64,000 nucleotides of DNA from Nitrospinota bacterium. GTDB lineage: Bacteria > Nitrospinota > Nitrospinia > Nitrospinales > VA-1. The notes below the pieces were generated by a model. That model was not told the DNA's origin. It saw only the letters and a list, made by a program, of their open reading frames with translations, and did no database searches. Shown here one piece after another: positions 39,368 through 48,193 of this stretch; position 1 is the first letter of the stretch, and every line of letters begins with the position of its first letter. The DNA lies in NCBI GenBank assembly GCA_038108555.1, contig JAYNIA010000006.1:1-64000 (forward strand). Direction: 5' to 3'. Position numbers and translations under genes: made by a program.

Positions 39368-41167
39368 GTGAAAAGTCCTTCGACTTCAAATAATCTAATG
39401 CCCCCAGTAAATTCAAATGCCTTTAGTTTTCGGAATGTCTGCCTTGTCTTTTCATTCTTTGCGTTGACCGTAATTGTGTTCTTTAATTCCCTGGGAAATG
39501 ATTTTGTTTTTGATGATACCCATTACATTAAAGAAAACTATTTGATAAAAGCTCTGGATCTTCCGGGCTTGTGGAATATTTTTTCATCATTTTATGTTTG
39601 GGATTACCTCCCTTTAACTTTTGTCTCATTCGGCATAGATTACGGGTTGTTTGGTTTGGACCCTGCCGGTTACCACCTCACCAATTTATTGCTTCATTTT
39701 GTTAATTCCTACCTGACTTATAGATTGGTTTTCCACATTACCCAGTCTGGGAAAATTGCCCTATGGACTGCAATTATATTTTTGACACATCCTATTCAGG
39801 TGGAAAGTGTGTCCTGGATTTCGGAAAGAAAGAATCTGCTCTCATTTGCATTCTTTGCCGGTTCGTTTATTTGTTACCTGCGGGGAGATTCCCGGAAACT
39901 GTCTCTGGTTTTATTTGGTATGGCATGTTTGTCTAAGTCATCCGTGGTAATCCTTCCTTTATTGCTGATAATTTATGACATTTCATTTAATGAAAAAAAG
40001 ATAATGAATGCTTTGGTGGATAAGGTGCCATATTTCCTGATATCTTTGGTAAGTGCTGCTTTAACCTTACTTTCCCATTCGACCGGAGAAACTATAAAAG
40101 AGCATTCCGACCAAAACCCGCTTTTTACCTTTTTCAGCATGTTGGCTGTTTTAAAAGAATATATTCTTAAAATATTTCTCCCGGTCAACCTGAACGTTTG
40201 GTATCCAAGTCAAATTTATAAAAGTTTTTATGAGCCGCAAGTCATGATTTCGGCAATAGTGATGACGGTTTATTTTGTCCTGCTTTGGTGGGGCTATAAA
40301 AATAAGCGTATTGTTTTTTTCGGTTTGGCCTGGTTTTTAATAGCTCTACTACCCAATTCGCAAATAGTGCCTATGGAGATAATAATGGCTGACCGCTTTC
40401 TTTACATTCCTTTAGTGGGGTTTTCCATCGCATTGGGTTCAATGATCCGTGGCTCCAGGAAAAAAGAAGGGTTATTGATTGTGTCCGTGTTAGTGCTGAT
40501 TTGTTTGTTGAGCGTAAATCGAAATTCAGTTTTTAAAAATGATTTTTTATTATGGAAAGACAGCGTCGCAAGGAACCCGAATAATACATTTTCTTTGATG
40601 TTCTATGGGGTAAGCCATTGGGAAAAAGGCGACCATGATCATGCATTGGAAAGCTTAAAACAGGCAAAAATTATTGAACCCGCTAATGAAAAAGCGGCCC
40701 TTTATTCTGCGCACATATATAAGGAAAAAAAAGAGTGGAACAAGGCAGAAGCTCTTTATAAGGAGTTGGCGAGGAAGCACCCGAAGAATGCAAAATATTT
40801 AAACCACCTTGCCGTATTTTGGGATAAACGTGGGAAAACAAAAAAAAGTATTGAAACTATAAACCAGGCTATCAAGCTGGATCCTGAACTTGGATTGGCT
40901 CATTTTAATCGTGGGGTTTTTCTGAATAAGGTGGGAGATTCCAAAGGAGCTCTGGATTCTTTTAAGAAAGCAGTTGTGTTGGAACAGAATTGGGCGCATG
41001 CCCATCATACATTGGGGATGTTTTATATTAAGCGAACCGATCGTCCCGAATTTGGAATAAGGCATTTAAACCAAAGCCTCCGCCTCGACCCGGACCAGCC
41101 GCAGGCTGAAAAGATTCAGCAAACCCTTTTTTCTATTTTGTTTAAAAAGCCAAAATATCCTAATTAA
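39368..41167 (+). CDS. TMTC-like GT-C membrane protein with C-terminal TPRs
   Basis: NDFVFDD, Y.PLT, YHLTNLLLH, HPIQVESVSWISERK, MADRFLYIP, RN.VFKN...LW, then TPRs. Confidence 0.8.
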   Translation: MKSPSTSNNLMPPVNSNAFSFRNVCLVFSFFALTVIVFFNSLGNDFVFDDTHYIKENYLIKALDLPGLWNIFSSFYVWDYLPLTFVSFGIDYGLFGLDPAGYHLTNLLLHFVNSYLTYRLVFHITQSGKIALWTAIIFLTHPIQVESVSWISERKNLLSFAFFAGSFICYLRGDSRKLSLVLFGMACLSKSSVVILPLLLIIYDISFNEKKIMNALVDKVPYFLISLVSAALTLLSHSTGETIKEHSDQNPLFTFFSMLAVLKEYILKIFLPVNLNVWYPSQIYKSFYEPQVMISAIVMTVYFVLLWWGYKNKRIVFFGLAWFLIALLPNSQIVPMEIIMADRFLYIPLVGFSIALGSMIRGSRKKEGLLIVSVLVLICLLSVNRNSVFKNDFLLWKDSVARNPNNTFSLMFYGVSHWEKGDHDHALESLKQAKIIEPANEKAALYSAHIYKEKKEWNKAEALYKELARKHPKNAKYLNHLAVFWDKRGKTKKSIETINQAIKLDPELGLAHFNRGVFLNKVGDSKGALDSFKKAVVLEQNWAHAHHTLGMFYIKRTDRPEFGIRHLNQSLRLDPDQPQAEKIQQTLFSILFKKPKYPN

Positions 41168-42405
41168 TTTTGTGTGTGCTTAATAGGACCCACAGGTGTT
41201 TCCTTTAAATAGTGGCTGAAAGTGAAATACAGCTGTTGCATGGCAAGTGGAGAAAAAACCGTTGTAAGCGCAATGACAATCACCATACCCGCGTAAATTT
41301 CGTTGCTGAAGATTTCACTTTCCCTCCCCAATTCAGCAAAGATGAGTCCCACCTCTCCGCGCGGTACCATAGCGGTTCCAATGATCCACCGCATGGGCCA
41401 CGATTCCCTGATGAACCAGGGACCCATTAATTTCCCCACAACCGCAATAACCAAAAGTGTCATAGAAAATGCCCATATGAAAGGAGAGCTCCAATCGATT
41501 TCACGAAGGTTGAGTGACATTCCTACCATGACGAAGAAAATGGGGGTGAACAAATGAATGATGGATTTCATTTCTGTTTCTATACGTTCGGCGAACGATG
41601 GGTCGGCATGCAAGGCGACCCCAAAGGGTAACAAGAAGCGTCTGGATAATGCTAACCCTGCTGCAAATCCGCCGAGCAGTTCCGGAGCTCCCATCAGATG
41701 AGCGAGCCATGCGAAAAGCAGGACCAGGGAAACGATGGTGGTGGGAATCAAACCAGGAATTTCCGTAGTTGTGTTCACATGTTTGATAATGGTGGACATT
41801 AGCTTGGCCGCCACCGGTGCAAGGAAAAAAAAGACTGCCACGAACGATATCACTTTCCCTGCATTGCCCAGTGTGACACCTCCACCCACCGAAAACTCGT
41901 AAAGTAATGCTAGAAGGACAACTCCCATAACATCATCCAGAATTGCCGCTCCTAAAATGATTTGTCCCTCTGTGGAGTGATGGCGTTTGAGATCGGAAAG
42001 CACCCGGGCAGTGATGCCGATACTCGTTGCAGTAAGGGTTCCGCCTATGAATAGAGATACCAGGAAATCGAGGCCGAAAATCCAATAGCCGACGCTAAAT
42101 CCAAACAGGAGAGGAATTGCAAAACCCGTGACAGCCACTATTAAGGACTTTCTGCCTGAACGTGTCAACTGTTGAAGATCGGTTCCCAGGCCAACTTCGA
42201 ATAAGAGCAGAATGATGCCAATCTCAGCCATGAGTTGGATAGCTTCTATGGGTTCTATCCAACCCAGCAAACTGGGGCCAAGCACCACGCCAGCGATAAG
42301 CTCTCCGATGACAGAAGGTCCTTTTAGCCTGACGGTCAACTCTGCAAAGACACGTGCAGTAAGAAGAATAATTAACAGGATAAGAAAAAAATCGTGGGCA
42401 TGCAT
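41164..42405 (-). CDS. Cation:proton antiporter (CPA2 family)
   Basis: VIGELIAGVVLGPS, ATSIGIT, GAAILDD, GGFAAGL, PIFFV, MVPRGEVGLI. Confidence 0.9.
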   Translation of the reverse strand: MHAHDFFLILLIILLTARVFAELTVRLKGPSVIGELIAGVVLGPSLLGWIEPIEAIQLMAEIGIILLLFEVGLGTDLQQLTRSGRKSLIVAVTGFAIPLLFGFSVGYWIFGLDFLVSLFIGGTLTATSIGITARVLSDLKRHHSTEGQIILGAAILDDVMGVVLLALLYEFSVGGGVTLGNAGKVISFVAVFFFLAPVAAKLMSTIIKHVNTTTEIPGLIPTTIVSLVLLFAWLAHLMGAPELLGGFAAGLALSRRFLLPFGVALHADPSFAERIETEMKSIIHLFTPIFFVMVGMSLNLREIDWSSPFIWAFSMTLLVIAVVGKLMGPWFIRESWPMRWIIGTAMVPRGEVGLIFAELGRESEIFSNEIYAGMVIVIALTTVFSPLAMQQLYFTFSHYLKETPVGPIKHTQN

Positions 42406-43100
42406 TAAAGGTCCAAAATTGTTTTTTGAACATCGGGAGTTTTTGAAGAGATTTTAGTTGCCCCTCCCTTCTTAAAACGAAAATCACAATGATCGCACCC
42501 ATCGGCAAGGGTTTGTGTCCGGGTAAGTCCCCAGCCAAGGGCATCACTTAGCGCAATATCAGACATGCAGACATAAGGGGCAAATTCTTCACCTCCATTA
42601 TTTTTCAAGAAATTAAGATTGCCACATTGGAGATAATTAACACCAAAGTCAAAATCATCTTCATCACCAATGAGGTACTCAATTTCAAAGTCTCCAAAAC
42701 GACCTATTTCTCGATTTTTTGCGCGCCTTTTCATTAAGGTCATCGTGATTGGAGAAAACATAAAATATTTTATGATCCATTTTTTCCATTTGGGTATAGT
42801 TTTCATTCTCAGCTTAAGAGCTTCGTGACACAATTCCCAGGCTTCCTTCGTTGATTTGCCCAGTTTCTTCATGGCTTTATAGACAGCAAGTTCCTGGGCT
42901 GTAATGAGGAGGAATTGGTTAAGAAATTTTCCTTGAATTCCTTTGATATAGGGGATCTTTGGGATTAGTTTTTCATATTCTTTAAAGCATTCAACCTTCA
43001 AACTTTTTGCGATCTTCGTCCCAAAGCGTGTAGTCAACACTGTTTCTAACAAGGTGGCGGTGAAATTTAAGTCTTTCAAAAGCGCTTCCTTGTTTGGCAT
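42405..43100 (-). CDS. L-2-amino-thiazoline-4-carboxylic acid hydrolase family-like protein
   Basis: C-terminal QCG...F.PYVCMSD...GLTRTQTLADGCDHCDFRF. Confidence 0.75.
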   Translation of the reverse strand: MPNKEALLKDLNFTATLLETVLTTRFGTKIAKSLKVECFKEYEKLIPKIPYIKGIQGKFLNQFLLITAQELAVYKAMKKLGKSTKEAWELCHEALKLRMKTIPKWKKWIIKYFMFSPITMTLMKRRAKNREIGRFGDFEIEYLIGDEDDFDFGVNYLQCGNLNFLKNNGGEEFAPYVCMSDIALSDALGWGLTRTQTLADGCDHCDFRFKKGGATKISSKTPDVQKTILDL

Positions 43101-43266
43101 GCCATTATCCTTCTTTCTGCATACATTTATTACGATTTACTATAATTTTAGACCTGGGTGAGGCGGACTTTATTCCCTTTAGGGTTAGAAAATAAAAGGA
43201 ATATTCCTAATTTTTATTGGGTCTTATCTATAGATGGATGCTGGGAAGAGGAAAGGGGGATAGTTT

Positions 43267-43509
43267 ATGACGATCGAAATTATTCGTGAAATTTTGGGTT
43301 GGTGTATTGTAATTAATTTGGGAATTTTATTGTTTTGGTGGCTGTGCTTGATGTTGGCTCATGACTGGGTATATGGGTTTCATAGCAAGTGGTTCAAACT
43401 GTCGCTGGAAAAGTTTGATGAAATCCATTATCAAGGTATAGCGATTTACAAAATAGCCATTTTTATCACCAATATTTCTCCTTACTTTGCATTTAAGATT
43501 GTCGGATAA
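43267..43509 (+). CDS. Small membrane protein (DUF6868-like)
   Basis: GWCIVINLGILL.WW...HSKWFKLS.EKFD.IHY.GIAIYKI...PYFA; RBS GGGGA. Confidence 0.65.
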   Translation: MTIEIIREILGWCIVINLGILLFWWLCLMLAHDWVYGFHSKWFKLSLEKFDEIHYQGIAIYKIAIFITNISPYFAFKIVG

Positions 43510-43534
43510 ACCATTTGTTGTGAAAATTTGCTGT

Positions 43535-44146
43535 TTATTTCGAAAATCCATTTTCCAACACAATATCATCCAGTGGTAACTGGCCTGGCTTGGGCCAGGC
43601 ATCCTTTGTTCCCTTCCCAATGGCAACCATGGGACCCATCACATGATCTTCTGGCAGGCTGATGAGTTTAGCTACTTCGTTAATGTCAAAACCGATCATC
43701 GGGCATGAGTCATATCCCATAGATTTTGCAGCCAGCATCAGGGTTTGCATTGCCATGCCAATGGACCGTTGTGCCTCATCACGTTGTAGCCAGTCACGCC
43801 CCTCGTGGAAAGGTCCCATCCAATTGACCAGCAGGTCGGCAACCTCCTTGGGTGCGTTTTCCCAGTAGCGTTGGGGATTTTTCTTCCATGCCTGGGTATC
43901 TGCAGTCATGAGAATGAGTAGAGAAGCATCGGTCATTTGAGATTGGTCGTTACCAAATTCAGTCCGTATCTTTTCCCGTAATTCAGGATTTCGAAGTATC
44001 ACAAATCGCCAGTGTTGAATATTGAAGCTCGTGGGTGCTTGAATAGCTGCTTCAAGCAGTCGGCTTTCTTCTTCGGGAGTCAATTTATGATTCGGGTCAA
44101 AGTGCTTTACAGCCCGACGATTATAAATGGCCTGAAAGGTATCCAT
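43535..44146 (-). CDS. Nitroreductase family protein
   Basis: RRAVKHF, APTSFNIQHWRF, GYDSCPMIGFD; RBS GGAG. Confidence 0.9.
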   Translation of the reverse strand: MDTFQAIYNRRAVKHFDPNHKLTPEEESRLLEAAIQAPTSFNIQHWRFVILRNPELREKIRTEFGNDQSQMTDASLLILMTADTQAWKKNPQRYWENAPKEVADLLVNWMGPFHEGRDWLQRDEAQRSIGMAMQTLMLAAKSMGYDSCPMIGFDINEVAKLISLPEDHVMGPMVAIGKGTKDAWPKPGQLPLDDIVLENGFSK

Positions 44147-44354
44147 GATGATTCTCCATTTAAGGTGATTTCTGCATATTGCGATAACCGCATTATAAAG
44201 GTTTTTCGGAATAAATCGGGTAGGAATAAAAATGCTGGGAAAATGAGGGTAGGTTTAAATTGATTCCCTCAATTCAGACCGTTAAAATATGAATTCAGGC
44301 TAATAATCGATTAAAAAAATATGGGATTACTTTTCTATTATGCTCGAGAGAAAT

Positions 44355-44942
44355 ATGAAAAAGATTAATGTGATTGGAATGTTTTTTGCCGTTTTTCTGG
44401 TAAGCGGATGCGCCAGTAATGGATATCAAACTGCACGAGATGCGTTTGATAGAGGGGACTATGATACTGCAGTAAAAGAATTTAAAGCCCTTGCCGATCA
44501 GAATGACCCAAAAGGACAATTTGGGCTGGCCATAATGTACGACCTGGGAGAAGGTGTGCCGCAAAGTTCTGAGAACGCTTTTAAATATTACAAAGCGGCT
44601 GCAGAGCAGGGGTATGCTGATGCTCAAAATAATCTGGCAGCGATGTACGATGAGGGAGAGGGGGTTGAAGTCGATCATAAGGAAGCCTTGAAATGGTATA
44701 GGCTTGCAGCTGAAAACGGAAATAAGGATGCTCCCAATAACATCGGTGTAATGTATATGATTGGCCTTGGGGTGCCACGAAATTTTGCGGCTGCCCATAA
44801 ATGGTTTACGCTTGCCGGAGCTAGTGATGTGGAAGCAAGAAGTAATAAAAAATTCTGTGAAACTCGACTAACTCCTGACCAAATTGCAGAATCCGAATTA
44901 TTCGTAAAGGAGTGGAATCAAAAATTTAGAAAGGCTAATTGA
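44355..44942 (+). CDS. Sel1-repeat lipoprotein
   Basis: Lipobox VSGC; repeats AQNNLAAMYDEGEGV...A.KWY..AAE.G. Confidence 0.85.
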   Translation: MKKINVIGMFFAVFLVSGCASNGYQTARDAFDRGDYDTAVKEFKALADQNDPKGQFGLAIMYDLGEGVPQSSENAFKYYKAAAEQGYADAQNNLAAMYDEGEGVEVDHKEALKWYRLAAENGNKDAPNNIGVMYMIGLGVPRNFAAAHKWFTLAGASDVEARSNKKFCETRLTPDQIAESELFVKEWNQKFRKAN

Positions 44943-44987
44943 ATCTATATCTTGTCATTCATTTGATTTAATGAAAGAAGGGTTTTC

Positions 44988-45470
44988 GTGATTTCCAGAT
45001 TTTTGGTTTTAACTATTGTTTTTTTCATTGCCTCCGTTTCTTATGCAAATGAGTTTGATGAGGGATTGGAGGCTATCCATGAAACAAATTACGAAAAAGC
45101 TCTTGAAATTCTGGTTCCCCTCGCCACAAAAGGACACGCAGCTTCGCAGTATAATCTGGGGGTTATGCATGAGTGGGGGAATGGGGTCCCCAGAGATAAT
45201 GTTCAGGCCATGAAATGGTATGCACTTTCGGCGGAACAGTCTCATAAGGATGCGCAAAATAATCTGGGTGCAATGTATAGCAAAGGGGAGGGTGCACAGC
45301 AGAACTTTGTTGAAGCCCTAAAGTGGTTTGTTATATCTGCGGATAACGGGAGCGAAGCGGGCAGAAAGAATATTGATATTGTCGAGAAAAGAATGACTCG
45401 GGAACAAATCACCCGGGCCAGAAAACTTGCCAGAGAGTGGAGTAGAAACCACCCGCGAAAATGGAATTGA
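44988..45470 (+). CDS. Sel1-repeat secreted protein
   Basis: Signal peptide (VSYA); SQYNLGVMH..G.GV, AQNNLGAMYSKGEG. Confidence 0.85.
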   Translation: MISRFLVLTIVFFIASVSYANEFDEGLEAIHETNYEKALEILVPLATKGHAASQYNLGVMHEWGNGVPRDNVQAMKWYALSAEQSHKDAQNNLGAMYSKGEGAQQNFVEALKWFVISADNGSEAGRKNIDIVEKRMTREQITRARKLAREWSRNHPRKWN

Positions 45471-45485
45471 GTTTAAATCCAAATT

Positions 45486-46241
45486 CTATTCATTGTTTTG
45501 ATAAGAGTTTAATCTGTTTATTAGGTCATTGCCTTCTTTAATTTGGTCGGGCATATCAGGGTCATTTTTTACGGTTCTTGCCAGTTCCAAAAACTTGCCC
45601 AGAGTTCCTTTCGCCTTTGCGTAGTAGCCGTTATCAAAATAGATCTTTCCAAGATAAAAAAGGTTGTCGGCATGGTGGGGAGCCAGGGTTACTGCTGTTT
45701 CCAGATGGAAAATGGCTTTATCCGAATCGCCTCCAAGGAAAAATGGAAGGGCGTTGTAATACACTCCTAAAAACCGGTGCGGACCTGCGTACTCAATATT
45801 TGGGTTAATCTTTATAACTTTTTCCATAGAAGATTTTAAAATGTCACGATTGCTCAGGGAACTGAAGATCCCTTTTTGCACGCTTATATTTCCCAGACAT
45901 AATCCCATATGGTAAATATTTTCCGCTGAAGTTTCTTCAATTAATATTCCTCTATTTGCAGTCTCTAAACATCGTTCGAATAAACGCATTTTTTTCTTTT
46001 TATCCGAGGTCCTTTTTGCAATTCGAAAATAATTCCGGGCGAGTCTCCAGATCAACTCAGGCTCGTTTGGAGAGGATTTTGTTAATTTTAGAATCTGTTT
46101 TTCAAGATCTACAAATTCCTGTATGGAATTTGCATTGAAATATTGGGAATCAATATTTTTTAAGGTGGAGGAAGTCATTCCCGTCAAAAAAACGGCCGCA
46201 ATCATTGCTGCAAGGGATCTGACAATGGTTGTTCTGAACAT
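45486..46241 (-). CDS. TPR-rich secreted protein (TatT-like helical domain)
   Basis: N-terminal hydrophobic segment; WRLAR, AGPHRFLGVYY..LPFFLGGD..KA; start uncertain (46241 or 46271). Confidence 0.65.
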   Translation of the reverse strand: MFRTTIVRSLAAMIAAVFLTGMTSSTLKNIDSQYFNANSIQEFVDLEKQILKLTKSSPNEPELIWRLARNYFRIAKRTSDKKKKMRLFERCLETANRGILIEETSAENIYHMGLCLGNISVQKGIFSSLSNRDILKSSMEKVIKINPNIEYAGPHRFLGVYYNALPFFLGGDSDKAIFHLETAVTLAPHHADNLFYLGKIYFDNGYYAKAKGTLGKFLELARTVKNDPDMPDQIKEGNDLINRLNSYQNNE

Positions 46242-46285
46242 GATATATTGTCGCATAGAAATCCAAAACATAAATTACATATCGG

Positions 46286-48193
46286 ATGGACAAAACTGAA
46301 AAAAAGCAAGCTGAAATGAGTGATTATGACTTCCATTTATTTAATGAGGGTAATCATTTTCGTCTCTATAACTTTCTCGGGGCTCATCCCGCCCTGGAGG
46401 ATAATGTTTCAGGTGTGCGTTTTTCGGTATGGGCTCCTAATGCCGAAAAAGTTTCTGTGATTGGAGATTTTAATGGTTGGAATGCGGATTCCCACTCCAT
46501 GTCGCCTCAAAACGAATCTGGAATATGGTCTTTATTTATTCCCCAGCTAAAGGAGGGAGAAATTTACAAATATCATATCCGGTCTCGTTATCAGGGCTAC
46601 GAAATTGAGAAGGCAGATCCATTTTCGTATTTTAATGAGGTTCCTCCTAAATCGGGTTCCATTGTCCAGCCATTGGATTATTCCTGGAACGATGAAGACT
46701 GGATGAAGGAAAGGAAAAAGTTTAATGATATCAAAACCCAGCCGGTTTCAATTTATGAACTTCATCTAGGTTCGTGGAAAAAACATGATGCGGTTCGGTC
46801 TTATAGCTATCGCGAATTGGCGCAGCCTTTGTCAGACTATGTCAAAAAAATGGGATTCACTCATGTGGAAATTATGCCCGTCATGGAGCACCCATTTTTT
46901 GGTTCCTGGGGATATCAGACAACGGGATATTTTTCTCCAACGAGTCGATATGGAACGCCACAGGACTTAATGTTTTTAATTGATACGTTGCACCAAAACG
47001 AAATCGGCGTGATTTTGGATTGGGTTCCTTCCCACTTTGCAGTAGATGGGCATGGTCTTTCATTTTTTGATGGCACCCATCTTTACGAGCATAAAGATTT
47101 GAAGAAGGGATGGCACCCTGACTGGGGAAGTTATATTTTTAACTATGGGCGAAATGAGGTTTTAAGTTTCCTGATCAGCAACGCACTTTTTTGGCTAGAC
47201 CGTTATCATGTGGATGGCCTGCGGGTGGATGCTGTAGCTTCCATGTTGTATCTGGATTATTCCCGGAAGGATAATGAATGGATTCCCAACAAACATGGTG
47301 GAAATGAAAATTTAGAGGCCATAGATTTTATTAAGAAGCTCAACGAGGAAATTTATAAGGAATATCCAGATGTCCAAACCATAGCGGAAGAATCTACCGC
47401 ATGGCCCGGGGTTTCGCGCCCCACTTATCTAGGAGGCCTGGGATTTGGATTAAAGTGGGATATGGGATGGATGCATGATGTCCTTTCCTATATGGGAAAA
47501 ATTCCTGTTCTTCGAAAATACCACCATGACCAGTTAACCTTTCGTTCCCTTTACGCCTTCAGTGAAAATTTTGTTCTGTCTTTGTCTCATGATGAAATGG
47601 TGCATGGAAAGGGGTCATTAATTAATAAAATGAGTGGGGATACCTGGCAAAAATTTGCCAATCTCCGCCTTTTATTCGGTTATATGTTTGCTCAGTCTGG
47701 GAAAAAATTAATATTTATGGGTGGTGAATTTGGTCAGTGGGAGGAATGGGATCATGACTCAAGCCTGAATTGGGAGCTTCTTAAAAAGCCGGAACATTCT
47801 GGTTTGCAAAAATGGGTCCAGGACCTAAACCGGATTTATAGGGACTATCCCTCCCTCCACTCAAAAGATCTGGACGAACAAGGGTTTGAATGGATCGATT
47901 GTGGAAATGTAGAGGAAAGTATTCTAATTTTACTAAGAAAGGGAGATGAAAAATCCGAGCCTATGGTGGTCGTTCTAAACTTCACACCTGCCCCACGTTT
48001 TAAATATAGAATTGGAGTGCCCAGGGAGGGACTTTGGAAAGAAGTCTTAAATAGCGATGCTCATGATTACCATGGGAGCGGGGTCGGAAATCTGGGAGGT
48101 GTGGAAAGCGATTCAGTTCCGTTTCATGGGCAACCTTATTCCCTTGAAATCACACTTCCCCCTTTATCAGCGGTTTTTCTATCCAGAAGCTAA
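46286..48193 (+). CDS. glgB: 1,4-alpha-glucan branching enzyme
   Basis: FSVWAPNA, IYELHLGSW, SWGYQ, DWVPSHF, GLRVDAVASMLY, AEES, LSHDE. Confidence 0.95.
   Translation: MDKTEKKQAEMSDYDFHLFNEGNHFRLYNFLGAHPALEDNVSGVRFSVWAPNAEKVSVIGDFNGWNADSHSMSPQNESGIWSLFIPQLKEGEIYKYHIRSRYQGYEIEKADPFSYFNEVPPKSGSIVQPLDYSWNDEDWMKERKKFNDIKTQPVSIYELHLGSWKKHDAVRSYSYRELAQPLSDYVKKMGFTHVEIMPVMEHPFFGSWGYQTTGYFSPTSRYGTPQDLMFLIDTLHQNEIGVILDWVPSHFAVDGHGLSFFDGTHLYEHKDLKKGWHPDWGSYIFNYGRNEVLSFLISNALFWLDRYHVDGLRVDAVASMLYLDYSRKDNEWIPNKHGGNENLEAIDFIKKLNEEIYKEYPDVQTIAEESTAWPGVSRPTYLGGLGFGLKWDMGWMHDVLSYMGKIPVLRKYHHDQLTFRSLYAFSENFVLSLSHDEMVHGKGSLINKMSGDTWQKFANLRLLFGYMFAQSGKKLIFMGGEFGQWEEWDHDSSLNWELLKKPEHSGLQKWVQDLNRIYRDYPSLHSKDLDEQGFEWIDCGNVEESILILLRKGDEKSEPMVVVLNFTPAPRFKYRIGVPREGLWKEVLNSDAHDYHGSGVGNLGGVESDSVPFHGQPYSLEITLPPLSAVFLSRS

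Noticed and set aside
44261..44280. Possible attR copy of the tRNA-Ala 3' end (GATTCCCTCAATTCA)
   Set aside because: Too many mismatches to GATCCCCCTCAGCTCCA, and no integrase nearby.
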